Below, one piece after another: positions 59,054 to 60,527 of a stretch of DNA of 60,527 bases. The notes under the pieces are model-generated. The model did no database searches. It had not been told where the DNA came from and saw only the letters and a program-made list of their open reading frames with translations. The DNA lies in the sequence record DRR723986_5297; one strand, 5' to 3'. Both the position numbers and the translations under genes were made by a program. Within the stretch, counting starts at the first letter, position 1. Every line of letters begins with the position of its first letter.

Positions 59054-60208
59054 CTATTCGTCGCCGAGAAGGCCGGGGTACTTGGCGATAAGTTCGGCAC
59101 GCCAGTAGGGGCGATTGGCGAGCACGCTCTTTCGCTTCTTGGCGTAGCCCTTCTTGGTCATCCCAGCCATCGTGGCGTCTGCAGGCATAATAGAACTATC
59201 AAACCCAGCTAAATCAGACGGCTTCACGTCCGTGTAGAAGAACCCACCGTTGGTGTAAGGACTCGGCTTGAAGGTCCCAACAATGCTGACATCAATTTCA
59301 GGCTTGATCGCATCATCCATGCCGATCGCCCACAGGCAGGCGTTCACCAGAAAGCGACGTCCATCTTCGCTCAGTAGGTCTTCCGATGCTCCGAAGGATG
59401 TGTAAACCACACGAGCGTCCTTCTTGTCGCCCGACGGTGCAATGTAGTGATCACGCGACCAACCCGCACACACCTTCGGCAGTGCTTCGTTGATATCGTC
59501 GCTAGGGCCGAATGTGTTGAGTACCTGGACTTCGAGCAGTGGCGTTGCATCGGCGGGTGGGTGTGATTTGTAAGCACCTGAAAAAGCGTGTATTTGTTTC
59601 ACTCCGCTCAGGATGGGATGACCACTTGCATCCGCAAGGGGCGTGATGCGGCAGCCCATTACGTGATTGCGACCATAGTGGCTCTGGCCTGCGGTCTTTT
59701 CCCAAGTGTTACCAAAGATCTGCTCCCCGAGCCCTCCATGGTAGTCGTCGCCTTTGTGATTGAAGTTGAGTTTTGCCCACTTGCCCTTTTGCCCATTGAA
59801 ACAGTGAGTCGACGTCCGCACACCAACGATCGGACCTCCACGCTCAAAGTAGTCCACCAGCATGCCCGCTTGGTCATCAGGCAAATTCATGAATCGGGTG
59901 AAGAAAAAGACCAAATCGGCATCAGCCAACGCTTCCATGCCGGGCGTGTTTCTCGCTCCGCCCTTAATCGCCCCGGAATCATCCAGACCGAAGACAACGG
60001 TGCACCTGAAACCCAGGTGTTTGGCCAGCAGCTTTGCAACCAGCGGACAGGTTTGCTCGGACCGGTATTCGTGGTCGTTGGCAATAAGTACAACATGCTT
60101 GCCATGCCCAATACCGCTATCGCCTTCATACACCAATGGAGTGGAATCATCGGCGAAAACGGCAAGACCCGGGATCAGAAACACGAAAGCGAGAAGGCAA
60201 GTTTTCAT
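59054..60208 (-). CDS. ThuA-like exported protein
   Basis: DHEYRSE, VGVRTSTH, RVVYTSFGASED, VNACLW; signal peptide from MKTCLL. Confidence 0.8.
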   Translation of the reverse strand: MKTCLLAFVFLIPGLAVFADDSTPLVYEGDSGIGHGKHVVLIANDHEYRSEQTCPLVAKLLAKHLGFRCTVVFGLDDSGAIKGGARNTPGMEALADADLVFFFTRFMNLPDDQAGMLVDYFERGGPIVGVRTSTHCFNGQKGKWAKLNFNHKGDDYHGGLGEQIFGNTWEKTAGQSHYGRNHVMGCRITPLADASGHPILSGVKQIHAFSGAYKSHPPADATPLLEVQVLNTFGPSDDINEALPKVCAGWSRDHYIAPSGDKKDARVVYTSFGASEDLLSEDGRRFLVNACLWAIGMDDAIKPEIDVSIVGTFKPSPYTNGGFFYTDVKPSDLAGFDSSIMPADATMAGMTKKGYAKKRKSVLANRPYWRAELIAKYPGLLGDE

Positions 60209-60498
60209 CGTAGGGAGCGTCCAGATGCGAAGGTTGAGTGCCGCTCCTGCATGCGAAGCGGCCAGCGACCTAGATCTTATCCTCAAGTAGCCGCCTTTGC
60301 CCGCAAATGACCCACTTTTCGGCGCACGTTTGGCGGGTACGACCATCAAACCGGCTGCTATCGCGAGCGTTTGGATTGGGCCCGGGGCCTTACGGCCAGT
60401 TGATAAGCTGGGGAGTTGCTCATGTAAGCCGCGACGCGTCAGCAGCCGGGCGGCGATGAAACGCGTGGGCAATCGTTGCGATTCCGGCGAACCGAGGA

Positions 60499-60525
60499 AA
60501 CCGCGGGCTGGCGCCCAGCGGCTGA
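60499..60525. repeat. Possible REP-like hairpin at the window edge
   Basis: aaccgc-gggc-tggc-gccc-a-gcggctga forms an imperfect intergenic stem. Only one copy is visible. Confidence 0.35.
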
Positions 60526-60527
60526 TA

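Noticed and set aside
60209..60472. N-terminal extension of the ThuA ORF, and similar extensions on trpC, the lipase, the SASA fusion and DUF1553
   Set aside because: Longest-ORF artefacts; signal peptides or family N-termini begin at downstream ATGs.

Overview
This window looks like core chromosome of a Planctomycete, most likely Pirellulaceae. The evidence is a DUF1553/DUF1501 pair, an FG-GAP/ASPIC-UnbV protein, ThuA-like proteins, a prenyltransferase-repeat protein and a sulfatase; the taxonomy is inferred from gene families, not from a search. About 45 CDSs can be supported. Housekeeping genes include metF, argE, a short argA-like GNAT, trpC, purH, rplU, rpmB, gatC, a stand-alone fusA, a UvrD/Rep helicase, msrA, msrAB, cutC and an S41 protease. 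A 50-aa type-B ribosomal protein L36 gene lies below the ORF-track cutoff. The rest are envelope and hydrolase proteins from expanded planctomycete families. I found no rRNA, tRNA, CRISPR array, transposase, integrase, prophage or recognisable defence system. Non-coding structure includes GTAG-type REP-like palindromes (1-143 and 16143-16212), a weaker REP-like hairpin at the right edge, a triplicated-palindrome terminator after fusA, and recurrent 12-15 bp tandem micro-duplications. No unambiguous new system is visible. The best candidates for uncharacterised biology are an AsmA-like plus Wza-like gene pair with no polysaccharide synthesis genes nearby, a DUF900 lipoprotein hydrolase with a transmembrane hairpin inserted in its domain, an orphan otnC next to an LsrG/ABM-like gene, and a helicase with a long disordered tail.
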